DNA from: Carcharhinus longimanus
Taxonomy: Eukaryota
Length of the DNA: 64,000 nucleotides
NCBI GenBank assembly: GCA_030264375.1
Contig: JASCQW010000001.1
Span: forward strand, 93,535,182-93,599,181
Direction: 5' to 3'
Of the stretch, positions 1-12,325 are shown piece after piece; position 1 is the stretch's first letter, and each line of letters begins with the position of its first letter. A program made the translations under genes and the position numbers. The notes under the pieces were generated by a model, which was not told the origin of the DNA, searched no databases, and saw nothing but the letters and a program-made list of their open reading frames with translations.

Positions 1-228
1 TTTCACCAAGGAGATTTTGTTCAATTGTGCCACTGCAGTTTGTAACTTCTGAGGAACAGCTTTCACTGGAAAAGGAGCATTAAGAACATGTGTTTCTTCT
101 TGAGGAGGAGAAGGCAACATTCCTGGCAGAATGACCACCACAAAATTACTCTAGTCAATAAAAATGAACCAATATTTAACAACAACATTCATTTGGCAGC
201 ATTTGGTCTACTGTTTAGATATATATGA

Positions 229-486
229 AGAATCATAGACTCCCTACAGTGCAAAAGGAGGCCATTTGGCCCATCAGGTCAGCACTGAACACAATCCTAC
301 CCAGGCCCGATTCCCGTAACCCCACTTATTTACTCTGCTAATCCTCCTGACACCATGGTCAATTTAACATGGCCAATCAACCTAATCCGCACATCTTTCG
401 ACTGTGGGAGGAAACCAGAGCACCCGGAGGAAACTCACACAGGCAGTCACCTGAAGCAGGAATTGAATCAGGGTCCCTGGCACTGC
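229..486 (-). mobile_element. HE1-like V-SINE (CR1-type tail), partial
   Basis: Reverse complement of GGGTTTCCTCCGGGTGCTCTGGTTTCCTCCCACAGTC...ATTGGCCATG body and GGCCTCCTT.TGCACTGTAGGGA.TCTATGATT tail. Confidence 0.85.
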
Positions 487-539
487 ATGTGCAAAACAGT
501 TTCAAATAAAGGGCTTAATGGGCACACAAGTTAGAGATT

Positions 540-727
540 CATCCATCCTTGAACCTCGTGACTTAGGACATTCTCCCAGTAGTATCATGTGTGTGTGCTG
601 GAGAGTCAGAGTTACATCCTTTAGGTTAGAATGTTAAACTAAGGCTCCAACTACTACCTGAGTGCTTCAGATGATTGCTGAAGAGCTCATTGGCACTATT
701 CAAAGCAAGGCAAGGAGTTTTTCCTCA
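540..727 (+). mobile_element. DeuSINE-like fragment
   Basis: Degenerate atgttaaactaaggctcc...ggcactattcaaagcaaggcaaggagtt matches the core of the copy at 56540-56967. Confidence 0.55.
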
Positions 728-799
728 ACAAAACTTTATAGAAATATATTAACTAATTACTGGTGGTAAAGTTAATAAAATATATAAAAAGCACCATAA

Positions 800-1350
800 A
801 TAAGTAAATAATTAAGTAATCAGATTGGCAGTAGCAGCCTGGATGAAGAGTTCTCAGAATGCTTTCAAGATAGCTTCATTGAGCAATGCATCCAGGGAGC
901 AGCTTTTATTAGACTGGGTATTGTGTAATGTGACAGGATTAATTAATGACCTCAGAACAATGGCACCCCTAGGTAGCAGCGACTGCAATATGACTGAGTT
1001 TTACATCCCATTTGAAAGGGAGGAGAGTGGATTTGAAACTTATATTTTAAACTGAAAGGCAACTATGCGGACATGAAAGTTGAGCTAGCAGAAGTGAACT
1101 GGGATTCTAGGCTAGGGGACAGATCAATGGGTTGAATTTTCTGGCCCTTCCCGCTGACGGGATCTACCCATTCTGCTGATGGCGACCACCGTAGCGGATT
1201 CCCTGCCAGCGTGACCGACAAACAACAGAAAACGCTATTGACATTGGCGGGACCTAAAGATCCTGCTGCCGGCCAATAGAGAACTGCCTCCGCCACTGGA
1301 AGACATGCCGCTGGAAGCAGCGAAGCTGTGGCAGGCATTTAAGGGGATAT
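800..1350 (+). mobile_element. CR1 LINE ORF2 endonuclease-region fragment, interrupted by a MITE (~1128-1325)
   Basis: ORF 825..1055 contains LLDWVLCN...LGSSDCNM.EF (APE end motif SDH-like). It continues KGNYADMKVELAEVNW and resumes as tggcaggcatttaaggggatatt after a GC-rich insert starting gggttgaattttc. Confidence 0.75.
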
Positions 1351-2039
1351 TCCCCACTATTTTCCAAAGTGTAAAAATTACAGTAGGGGTATAAAGATAC
1401 GCTAACAACATTGTTCATGGAACGTTGTTGCATGCTATTATTTGGCATTGCAGTACACTTTCAACTGAGGTGTTTTGGCATGATAAGATGCTGTCTAAAT
1501 GCAGATATCTTTTATTGATAGAACCTGCACAGGAGGAGGCAACCTTTTCACAAAGGGGATGTGCGTTTGACATTAGCTACATTATCAGTCAGCTTGCCAT
1601 TTTTGGGGAAGGAGCTGCAAGTTTCTGAAATAAAGAGAAAATCCCTTTAAAACAGAATCAAGGGGATAAAATAATGACTGAAGATTGAAACTTAGAAGAA
1701 TGCAGCCCCTTCAAAAGCAAATGTCCAAATTGTAACTGTTTATCTATTAATTGCTCACAGCCAGTGAACAATCGGTATTTAACATTGACAGATTTTTTGT
1801 AAACTTAACATGGTTTTATTCAGCAATCCAAAGCATGAACTGGGTCAGGAATTTTGTGTATTAATATAGTTTAAGAGTTTTCATGTCTACAATAAGTATC
1901 ACCTAAAATTCATCTTACATAAATTATTTTCCTCAAAATGGGTTATAAGCAAGTGATTTGGAAAACTTTTCCACCAGTAGGGAATATGACACCAGGGAGG
2001 TATCCAATAACATCTTTATAAGAAAGAGATAGTTTAAAG

Positions 2040-2200
2040 GAAGAATAAAACAGCATTTATATAGCCCCTTTCACTACCTTATTATGTCTTAAAATGCTTC
2101 ACAGCCGATGAAGTACTTTTGAAGTGTTGATACTGTTGTGACATACGGAAACATGGCTGCCAATATGCACAAAGCTTGCCCCCACAAACAGGAATGAGAC
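2040..2200 (-). mobile_element. DeuSINE-like 3' half
   Basis: gcatttatatagcccctttcac...gaagtacttttgaagtgt...cccacaaacag is the reverse complement of the tail of 56540-56967. Confidence 0.75.
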
Positions 2201-2795
2201 ATTATTTTAATAAGAATATAAACATCCTCATCAACATGGTAGATAGAGGAATTTCATATGAATGCATTAATGTATTGATTGTTTTGAGCCGGGCAATTTC
2301 AAATCCTAACTGAATATTTTTCACTTTCTTATTCTACTGGCAGGGAGAGTCTTTCAGAAGTAAATGCAAGTTGTTTGTATTGTTGTGTTGATATGTACCA
2401 GTTTTACACTGAAAATACAAACTGCTACAGCACAGGTCAATCCTGTACAAGAAGATGGCAGGAATGGACAGAACCCCCACAACTGTACACAGATTTACTA
2501 ACAAATTAGTAAATGTAGAATATGTGAAGAGAAAATGCAAACATTAATGTACCAATATCAGGCTAATAAACTTATAAATTTAACATAACCAAAATGATCT
2601 GGTGTAATAGCAAGCATGTTAATGCATACGTATCAAATAACTATTTCAGCAGAAACACTGCACTTCAATTCAGCGTTAGTTTTAAACAAATCAACCCCTT
2701 CCTTAAAATAATAGGAGTTTGAAATTAATGAATTATGTACATGCTCCTAATACCATTTAGCACAAATTCAAATCTCACATATCTATTAGTCCAAA

Positions 2796-2918
2796 GGTGA
2801 GATTTTCCAGCCATGCTCGCCTAGAAACCAGAAAATCCCACTCGAGGGTCAGCGTACCTTTCTCTGGTCTGGCCCCTGCCCGCAACAATTCCTGTAGCGG
2901 GCACGTGGGGAAAATCCA
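2796..2918. mobile_element. ~125-bp MITE (Harbinger-type termini)
   Basis: ggtgagattttcc...ggggaaaatcc ends; internal similarity to copies at 22672, 50783 and 57228. Confidence 0.6.
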
Positions 2919-5900
2919 AATTGAAATTGAACATTTGTTATTTGAACAATGTCTGGCTCACCATGTAACCCTATCAGTAACAGGTCTAGGTTTTTTTTTG
3001 CTGCTGTATTGATAGTAACACAAGCACCGTAATGTGCTGCACTAGAATTATGTAATACAGATGAAAAGGAGCAAATCTTAAAAATGAGGAAATCGTATCT
3101 AGTTCAATGTTGTGAATTTAATGTCAGCTCTGCTGAAGAGTCTGTACCCTAATCCTTAACATGTCTTTTTCTCTAGCAGCTGACAAGCTTGCTGTACATT
3201 TCCAGAATTTTGTTCATATTTCAGAATTCCAGGTTAGCATTTTTGTATTACTTGAATTGCACAAATGTGAACAGTTTCTCATATTCAACGTCTCAGGTTT
3301 TCGAAAACAACCAACAATGTTTTGTGCAGGTGTCTCCTGGCCTTGTCGGCAAGCAGATCATGCTACATGACATCACTTGACACATGCAACACAGACACAC
3401 TTGACAATGTGTTAATTTGTACATCTGTTGCTCGCCTGCAGCCTTAACACAATAAAAACTATTTTGTTTAAAAATGACTTTTGATAACTCAGATTTTTCC
3501 GCCACACATCCATCCCTGCAGTTCAATTTTGTTAAACGTATATCCTTATTCCTTTTCTGAAGGATAAATAGAAAGTATTTCAGATATGTAGCTGCCAGAG
3601 TAAAGCTGGTGACCGGAAAGATAGGAATCTGTCTCTCAGTTTCCAATCCTGAGTTGCAAATGGACAGCTTTCATGGTGCTTAGCACTTACTGTCTGAGTT
3701 ACTTGCTGGCTCTTGACCGTGCTAGATTGAATTACCATGCAAACAAGCTGCCATTTTGAAATGCCCTCTGGATTTCATTTCAACATTTCACACAGGGAAA
3801 ACTGATCAGGCAGCCACAAGACAACGAATAGAATTATCTCCCAAAATTGAAGCAACTGCCTTTACTTTGGAAGGCTAAACATTTCCTCCACAGCACCACT
3901 TTATGAATTAAGAATCACAACATCTCTGCGGCAAGTAAATATCCTCCCGCATTTTAAAGTTTTCATTCAATTTCAAAAATGAATTTCCTTGATGCTGGAA
4001 TAAATAGCAATTCTTTCCCATGATTGCCTGACCATCCACTGGAAGCAGACACTGAAGGAGAATTTTTCATTTTCACACTGAATGCAAATTCCCTTGGAAC
4101 TACAGTATTGGTTTTCCTCGGGTTAATCATCTCCGTGCATTTCTTCATTATAGTCAAGGTATAATGGCATTTCCTCAACAAACAGGCAATTCATTTGCAT
4201 GGTACCTTGACACATCTTTGCCAATTCAATAAGCCAGCCCTTAATTGCTTCATGTCAAGCTACTGAAATGTATTTCTAATGTCAGCAGCTGGGAGATTAT
4301 ACAGAGATCCACTGCCCTTGAATCCCTTATATCATTTTCTACAACTCTGACTCCTAAGACCACCTCCACCACAGTGCTGCTATTACAGCCTTACTTGGTA
4401 TTCATGCCACTATTGTGGAAAGCGTAATGCACATTTTGTATTAATGCAAATTTGGCACTGAGCTCATGGTCCAGATTTGGCATCAAATTTTGCACATTTG
4501 CAAGCATAGAACTTGTGATTTTGTTTTACTCCCCATTGTAGATTTCTGAAATGAATCCAGTCACAGATCAGATCAACTTTATTTAAATCCTCTAGCCAAA
4601 TGTATCCAATTCCATGTACACTTACTGCTTTCAAAAGGAATCAGCCACCTACATAGCCTCATTATCTAATAAATGATGGCTCTTTTGTCAACACAGTGCT
4701 GCTGCTGAGTGCTTCCCTGACATCAATGGCAAAGTTGCAGTATAAATACAGCTACCTCTGCAAGAGTCAACAAGAACATGGGGACAAGTAGAATATGGCC
4801 ACTGGAAGTGCCGCAAATCACCTCAACATACTGTTTCCCCAGGACCCTCTAGAGGCAGCAGTGCACACAAGGTGACTGAAAACCATTCCTGCCATTATCT
4901 CCCATTGCAATGCTCACTGGAAGCCTGAATGCTCAGTCCATCTTGTGTAGGTCAGCAATGCAATTGTTAAATTGAAGATGCAGGGCCGGAAAAGAAAATT
5001 GTGATCCACGTCTTTTTCACAAGTATGCTTGCACAGTGTTTCCCATTGTCACTGGTGCTGTGGATGCTAAAGGGCCACATGCCATTGCACCCGCATCTCT
5101 AATTTCCACTTAACATAATTCTCTTTTCCCTTTGCCAGTTTTTTCCTTTCCTCCTTTCTCCCTTGCTTTTCTCCAGAAGTCATGTTCAACTAGGTTCTAC
5201 AGATATTAAGCAGCCTCAAGAACCTTCCCAAAGTGTCCGCTGTTCATGGCTGAACCACGACAATGACTGTTAGCAGCTCTTATGACTGCTGGCTTAGAGG
5301 TAGATGGCATTTCGATGGATTCTGATGCTGCCCTTCCTTCCCCAATGTTCACAACTGATGCACATCAGGCACACATCATTGAACTGCAATCAGGTATAGG
5401 AGCCTTAAGTGTGTTTTGCGCTCACTGATCCAAGAACACTAAGACCAACTGTAACCATTCAGCTGCCATTGAAATCAGCTAAGTTTGCCAAAGCCTCCCT
5501 GAGCATCGGAGAAATGTACTGAGCTATCAGGAGAACCTGGCGATCCCGAGTGCAAAAGGAGTAGTCTAACGGTTAAAATCATACCAGCGTAAGGAAAGAT
5601 TAGCTGGCTTGGCAAAGACAAGGACTGAAGCCGGAACCCTTTGGGTTGGCATTGCTCTATATCGGACTGAGTGGCATATTCATATAGCAAATCATTTTAG
5701 GTTCATGCTTTGTAGTGATCTTCATTGCAGTTTGTTTTATTATAAACATTGATAAGTGAAAAGAAAAACAAGTACCCATGTTATAAACCAAAGATCTGAA
5801 CAGTCTCCAAACAGCAGAATTAAAGCCAAGAGAGTGTGTAAAATAAAGTTTGTATAATGCATCAGAATGCAACCTAAGAAAGCTCCATTTCAAGTGGGGC

Positions 5901-8900
5901 GGTCGCGTAAAGAAGGACATTCAACTTCCTGGCCAACTCAACAATAAGACCTACTTATTCCACACACAGTTATCCTTAAGTGCTAATTAAATAATCATTT
6001 CAATCTGAAATTATAGTGCTTTCACCCTGAAATCTGCATATTCTCTCTGCTTCTATCTGGGAGACAACAGCATCCAAAGAAAAAAAAATTAATGCTAACA
6101 TTTTGTGCAAAGTTCCCACCATCCTCTACAGAAAGCTTTGTTACATCTTGGGTTAAGCATCCAGGCACAAGACAAAGATGCAGCCAACTCGACTTCCAGT
6201 TCAGTTTTCCCATCACCAAGTGACCTAGGTTACATTCTGACCAATACAGAATAAATTGAATTTCTTCAGCATTTTGTGAGGATTAGAAGCAATTGTTAGC
6301 CCGCAATGACTTTTTACCCTGGCTCCTTTCCTAGCAGTGTATTCTGCCACTCCACAGAAAAAATTCAGATGGTCTAAGACACAGAACAAACACAACTTGA
6401 ATTGAGCCTTTTTTCATCAATTTGAACTGTAGGAGGGGAAGCAATCAACCTTTCTTCCTGCTTTTCTCTGCTATTCAGTTACTTCAAGGTTTAATCTTTC
6501 TCTGGGAGAAGGGAAAAAGTTGCTTCATTGTGTGGTCCTGCAAAGATTTATTTCTTTCTGGCCTTTATCCTGAGCTTGTTTATTCCTCTTTTCTTTTCGA
6601 TTTTAATCAAGATGGTTTCACCCAATTTCAGAGTCCGCTGAATGAACTTTCTTGTCACTCACAGATGTTCCCTTCATGGTTCTCCATGGATTTTCTTTGC
6701 TTGACAGAATGTTGGTATTTCTTTGACATGGCTCTTTGCCTTTAGTACTTCCTTCATCAGCACTGAGCTCTATCCCTAACACAGGGCCATCTAATCGGGT
6801 GTGTTATATCACTATTTATAAAGGCTTTCAAGGTTAATTGCTCAACTAACCATTGATGGTGTAACTGGTTAACATACCAACCATTACCTCAGGGTTGGAT
6901 GCTATGGAGAGCTACCGTCTGGTGTTGCTGCATGCATTCACCCCTTGCTTCACTGGCTAATGGACTGGAGTAGGATATCCCAATCTAGTGCCCCCCCTCT
7001 CCCCACCCAGGAATAAGAAGTCACTCCTCAGAGAAGTGCTAGCCATTAATATTGTAATGCCAGCAGCATTAGGCGGGCATGATGGCCACTGCTGGAAGCA
7101 GAGGTAGTCCCCAGTGGAGACCATCACAGGAATGGATGCCAAGGTAAATAGGAGGAATTTTGCAGTGGGTCAGGGTGACAGGCCCCAGCGAGGAGGTTGA
7201 AAGGGGTGGGGGGTCAGCTTGAGAGGCCAGTGGGAGGCTAAAGGGGGTAGTGTGGTCCTCAGAATGGTGGGGGAAGGTACCTCTGATGGATATAGGGAGT
7301 CCCACCCGCGTTGTCTGACAATTTGCATCGCTAAAGCTGCTGGGTTACCCCACAGTATGGGTTTACCTTCACCATGGGAAAAAAGTGGCTGGAGTGGGAT
7401 AAGTCTCTGAAGTGATCATTAATTGGCCACTTAAGAGCTTCAATAGGTCCAAGGGCAGGCTGCTCAATACCTCCACTATTTGTATTCAAATTGCCCAGGA
7501 AAAAATATCAATAATTGGCATAATAACTCAGCATGGTAAAACACCAATGTTTTATGCTATTGAGCAGTTTAATGTGACATGATGCAGCAACCCTCACCTC
7601 CATGTTTTGCCTTGTTTCTCCTACAGTTGCTGATGCAAGTTCAGGCACAGTTCCATGGACAGTGGCTGCCATCGAATGTCTGATCTATGTGGTCATTCTT
7701 TATGTGTGAATTGAGATGATAAATGTGGACCATCTGTTTGACAATGTAGGGCACCACAGGCTGACCCAATCCTACTGTGACTCCATGTCCATATATGCAC
7801 ACTTTGCATCAGGATTCTCTGAACTGAGATCAGGATTAGACCAGGCCTCCTTGTTAAAGGTACAGAGGCCAAATATGATATTTAACAGTCACCTCTTAAG
7901 AACACAGCTAACTGATCAGAATCCAGAATTAAAGCTTGGTGCATGCTCCTGATAGCTCAGTTTAAAACTAGGTAATGTATTTACAAATTGAACTGTGTGG
8001 TAAAGATTCAGTTCCAAATGCCATTGAGTTCTTGATCACATGGAGGTACCAAATGAAGTTTGACTATTTTCTGGTGCATGGTCCAATATTGGCATGAACC
8101 ATGATGTATCATCTAAACTGCTTCTGAATCTTAAGCATGTGGCTCAGAGTGAGACCAACACAACAATTCCCCAAAAATAGGCACTAAGTAACAGTAGTAA
8201 AATGAGGCCAACAGGCATTGCTGAAATATTTAAATTAAGCCTTTGCCTTCCTGCAGTCACATTTTTAATCTAGATTTATCAAGATACTGGCTAATCCACA
8301 TTTTCTCTGACCACAACGCAATTCTTGGGAGAAAGAAGTTTCAGATCAATTGATCAGGTGATTAGTAATGCAACTGCTTATTAACCACACCGATCCTCAA
8401 CATAACTGGACGAAAGGTTCGCCTGAATGCTTGCAGGTTAATACATTCAGCAGGGAGTACCGAAAACCAATTTTCATGGATGTATTAAAGACCCTAAGAA
8501 AAGAAAATTCTTGTACCTCGTAATTGTTACTCTTTCAAGGAGTCTCTGCAAGTGATTTCAAATCCTCAGAAAATAAGAAGTGGCCAGTTCCTTCCCCCAC
8601 CCCGACCCCCGTCAACCTCTCACAAATAATTTCTTACTTTTCTTTGAATGTGGCTTTAAAAGCCAAAGCTAAAATCTCTTGTTCTTACATATCCTACTTT
8701 TGTTGCTTGAATTCTTAAAACCTTTAGAAGCTGTGAGGATATACTGCCTTTAGAAGCAAAAACAAGATCTCCACTACAGCAGCACCACTTCCCGGCATAG
8801 ACTGACTGCCCATACTCGTGCACACTGATGTAATAGACTGATACAAATAAAAGGCAGAATGGAAGGTACAAAACAGCAAACAAGGCGCTGCATTCCTAAA

Positions 8901-9599
8901 GCAAGCTCTCCTTTACCAAGCAGCACTCTGTGACTGGACTCTTTGTTTTTTTTTTAATTTAAAAAAAAGCCGAGGGCAGGAAAAAAGAAAGGGGGAAAAA
9001 ATGGTGTCACTTTCTGTCATAGTCTATTTGTCTTTGCAACTTGTGTGTTCATTTACAAGCAGGACATTTGTCCAAAGTAGGAGAAGGAGAAAGGTAATCA
9101 TAAATGGCCAGGCTAGGCCAGTTAAATATTACAATCACATGTAGGAGGATGCTGGTAAAGTTGCTGTCTGGCCACGGATACCAGAGCTGTGTGGAAAAAA
9201 AATTATTCAATCAGTAAAGTTAATGACAAACTTGAAGTAGGCCCCAATGAGGACAAACCAGCTTTTGTCCTGTTGGGGGCTGGAGAAGAATAATACTCTA
9301 ATACAAGCTTAGCTCTACTTTTTACTCTGATGTTCACTTCTAAGACGTCTCCTATGTAGAGAAGAGGAGATAGCTATCATCAGAAATGATGCATTCATTA
9401 CACTGGAAGTGGGAGGGGGAGGGGAAGGAGGTGGAGGAGGGAGTACCGAATGTTACAGTGTACAATGGTGCAGAGAGTCGCACATCTCATTTACATTGAG
9501 ATCAGGCATCCAATTTGGTGAAGGTATTTGCTGTTGCATTGCTGAGCAACTGATTCTCCATTTACACTGTGCACTGGTAGTGGGGCTTTCCAGTGTGGA

Positions 9600-9755
9600 C
9601 GTGCATGTCAGTCAACTTCCAGTGGGTACATCATCTTAGCAGGTATGAAGGAGCATCGACCATCTCTCACATATGGAAACATGAGACACTTTTTGCCTGA
9701 GATTTGGTGGATGTAGAAGTTCCCCCAGCATTATCTGAAGGCGAGCAGGGGAGTT
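9600..9755 (+). mobile_element. DeuSINE-like 5'/central part (continues at ~12150)
   Basis: Ends ...gaaggcgagcaggggagttc. The next consensus bases (tcccc.tgtcct) reappear at ~12150. Confidence 0.55.
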
Positions 9756-9757
9756 CA

Positions 9758-12140
9758 AACCACAGAAAAGTTACAACACAGAAAGAGATCATTCAGCCCA
9801 TTGTGTCTGTACTGGCCAAAACAAGAGAGGAGCTAGCTGCTCACTCTAATCCCACTTTCTAGCACCTTCTCTGTAACTTGCAGCTTACAGCGCTTCAGAT
9901 GGAGATCCAGGTATCTTTTCAATCAGTTCAGCATTCCTGCCTCAACCACCAATTCAGGTAGTGAATTCCAAATGCCCATCACCCTCCGGGTGAAAAAGTT
10001 TTTCGTCACATCCTCTTTAATCCTTCTAACAATCACCTTAAACCTATGCCCCCCTAGTAACTGGCTCCTCAGCTCGTGGGAAACATCTTTCCTGTCCACC
10101 CTTTCTAGGCCTTCAGAATTTTGTACCCCTTAGTCAAGTCACCTCCTTAGCCTCTTCTGTTTTAGGGAAAACAATCCTTGCCTATCCAATCTTTCCTCTT
10201 GGCTGCTATTTTCAAGCACCGGTAACATTCTTGTAAACCTCCTCTCAACTCTCTCCAGAGCAATTATGTCCTTCCTGCAATGTAGACCAGAACTTAGAAC
10301 AATATTTCAGCTGCTCAATCTTTGTCCTTTTCCACAACTATGCTAAATTTAACTGTGTTATGGCCACGATCCCTAAAATAGTCCCCTACTGTTACTTCAT
10401 CCACTTACTCAGTTTTGTTTTCTAAGACTAAACCTAGAACCGCACCCCCTCTCATTGGCTTATGTGCTAGCTCAAAAAGTTCTCTTCAATGCAGTTCAAG
10501 AATCGTGTGTCCTCTGTGCCCTTCACACTGTTCATATCTCAATTTATATTAGGAAAGTTGAAGTTCCCAACTACTACTGCTTGATAGCTTTTGCTTACAT
10601 ATTTGCTGTGTTAACTCCTTCTCACTATTCAAGGGTCTACAGTACACTTCTAGATGTGTGGTTTCATCTTTTTTATTTCCAACTTCAACTTATGTGGCTT
10701 CATTTGATGCTTCATTCAGTATATCATTCCGTCTTACAGTTGTAATTGATTCTTTAACCAGTAATGCTAAACACTCACCTTCCTCTTCACCCTGCCTGAA
10801 AACTCTGAATCCAGGGATGTTGAGCTGCCATTTTTGATCCTCTTTAAGCCACATTTCCATCACAGTGATGATATCTCGCTGTCATGTATCTATCTGTGCC
10901 CTCAACTCATTGATTTTGTTTGCTATACTCCTCATATTTACACATATATATTTTAACACTGCCAAAGTCCTACAGTGAACACATTTTAACCTGTGCTTCT
11001 TCTGTATTTCAGAGTCACTGGTCACAATCTTACCACTGTTCACACCCCATCCTGCCACAGTGAATGGAGGAGATTTCACTGGCTGCCAAACTCTCCAAGC
11101 CCGCTGCAGCAGGACCATGGTGTGAATGGCAGGTAAGATCATGCCCACAACTTTCTATTTCCAGTTCTCGAATTTGCCCTCAGGTTCACCCCCCCTCGAC
11201 CCCACACCCCCTCCCCACTCCATTCCTGCCAATCTAGTTTAAACCCTCATCAATAGCACGAGCAAAGATATTCATCCCAGTCCTGTTCAGGTGTCGACCA
11301 GCCGGCTCACCTTCCCCAGAACTGGTCCCAATGCTTAGGAAATCTGATCTCTCCCTCTTAACCTAGCTTTCCACCCTTGCAGCCACATGCTTAATTGTTT
11401 ACTTCTCCCATTTCTATATTCATTAGCATGTGGGACTGGGAGTAATCCTGAGGTTACTGCTTTAGATACCCTGCTTTTCACTCCCTTTCCGAGCTTCAAA
11501 AAATCTTCTTTCAGGACCTTGTCTCCTTTCTTACCCATGTCATTGACACCAACGTGGACCATGACCTCTGGCTGATCACCTTACCCCAAAATAATGTCCT
11601 GTAACCACTCTGTGACATCCTTGACCCTGGCATCAGACAGGCAACATACCATTCTGTAATCACATCTAGGACCACAGAAATGCCTGCCTTTCTCCAACTA
11701 ATGAATTCTGGCCTATGGTGTGATCACTACCGAAACTGGAAGCACAATTTTGTGCAGCTGGTAATCCTTCCTGCACATGTGTCATCTAGGAAACTGGCAG
11801 TGTCCAAGACTTCCCACATACTACAGGACACGTATGACCAAGCTGTCCTGCCATATATTAACTTTATTTCACTTTGGTTTAATAGATTAACTTCAAGTTA
11901 AGTTAATAAACTTGAGTTAATAAACTTAAGTTAATAAACCTTACAACTATTGATAAACCTTACTAGCACTGAAATATCTGACTAATATTTAACATAGTTT
12001 ACAAGTTGCAATAAATCTTACTTGAAGGATCTTTCTTATTTCTCCAATGCACCGAATTCCCTCGTGAACCTCATTTGCTACTCACTCCGTCTCTGTCCCA
12101 CTCAGGCTTAGTCTCCTGTCTTCTTATGCGTCCCTTACTA
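9758..12140 (-). mobile_element. Internally deleted CR1 LINE (ORF1 esterase, ORF2 endonuclease start, 3' end)
   Basis: ORF 11335..11562 VHVGVND...SGLLPVP is a CR1 ORF1 SGNH esterase. ORF 10882..11148 ends ICVNMRSIANKINELRAQI (APE start). 9760-10310 is a typical CR1 3' end. Most of the RT is missing. Confidence 0.85.
11020..11146. mobile_element. MITE with ~27-bp imperfect TIRs, inside the CR1
   Basis: Left end ggtcacaatcttaccactgttcacacc; reverse complement of right end gggcatgatcttacctgccattcacacc. Confidence 0.75.
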
Positions 12141-12149
12141 TCCAAAGCT

Positions 12150-12325
12150 ATCCCCATGTCCTAACGATTAACCCATGTTACTCATCATGTTTGTGGGGCA
12201 TCATTGTGTGCAGATTCTGTGTCAAGTTTTCCTGCATTATAACAGTGTCTAAAGTGCTTCACTGGCCATGAAGCAGTTTAGAACACTTTGAAGATGTGAA
12301 AAACGCAATATGAATGTAAATGTTT
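12150..12325 (+). mobile_element. DeuSINE-like 3' part
   Basis: tgtttgtgggg...ttcctgcattataacagtg...cttcactggccatgaagcag...gtgaaaaacgcaatatgaatgtaa tail. Confidence 0.7.

Noticed and set aside
11335-11562. Stand-alone GDSL/SGNH esterase gene
   Set aside because: It is CR1 ORF1, embedded between a CR1 5' region and the endonuclease start.
11895-11945. Short repeated units (AGTTAATAAAC) suggestive of an array
   Set aside because: Three adjacent AT-rich copies without unique spacers, within the CR1 5' region. There is no CRISPR-like or prokaryotic system anywhere in the window.
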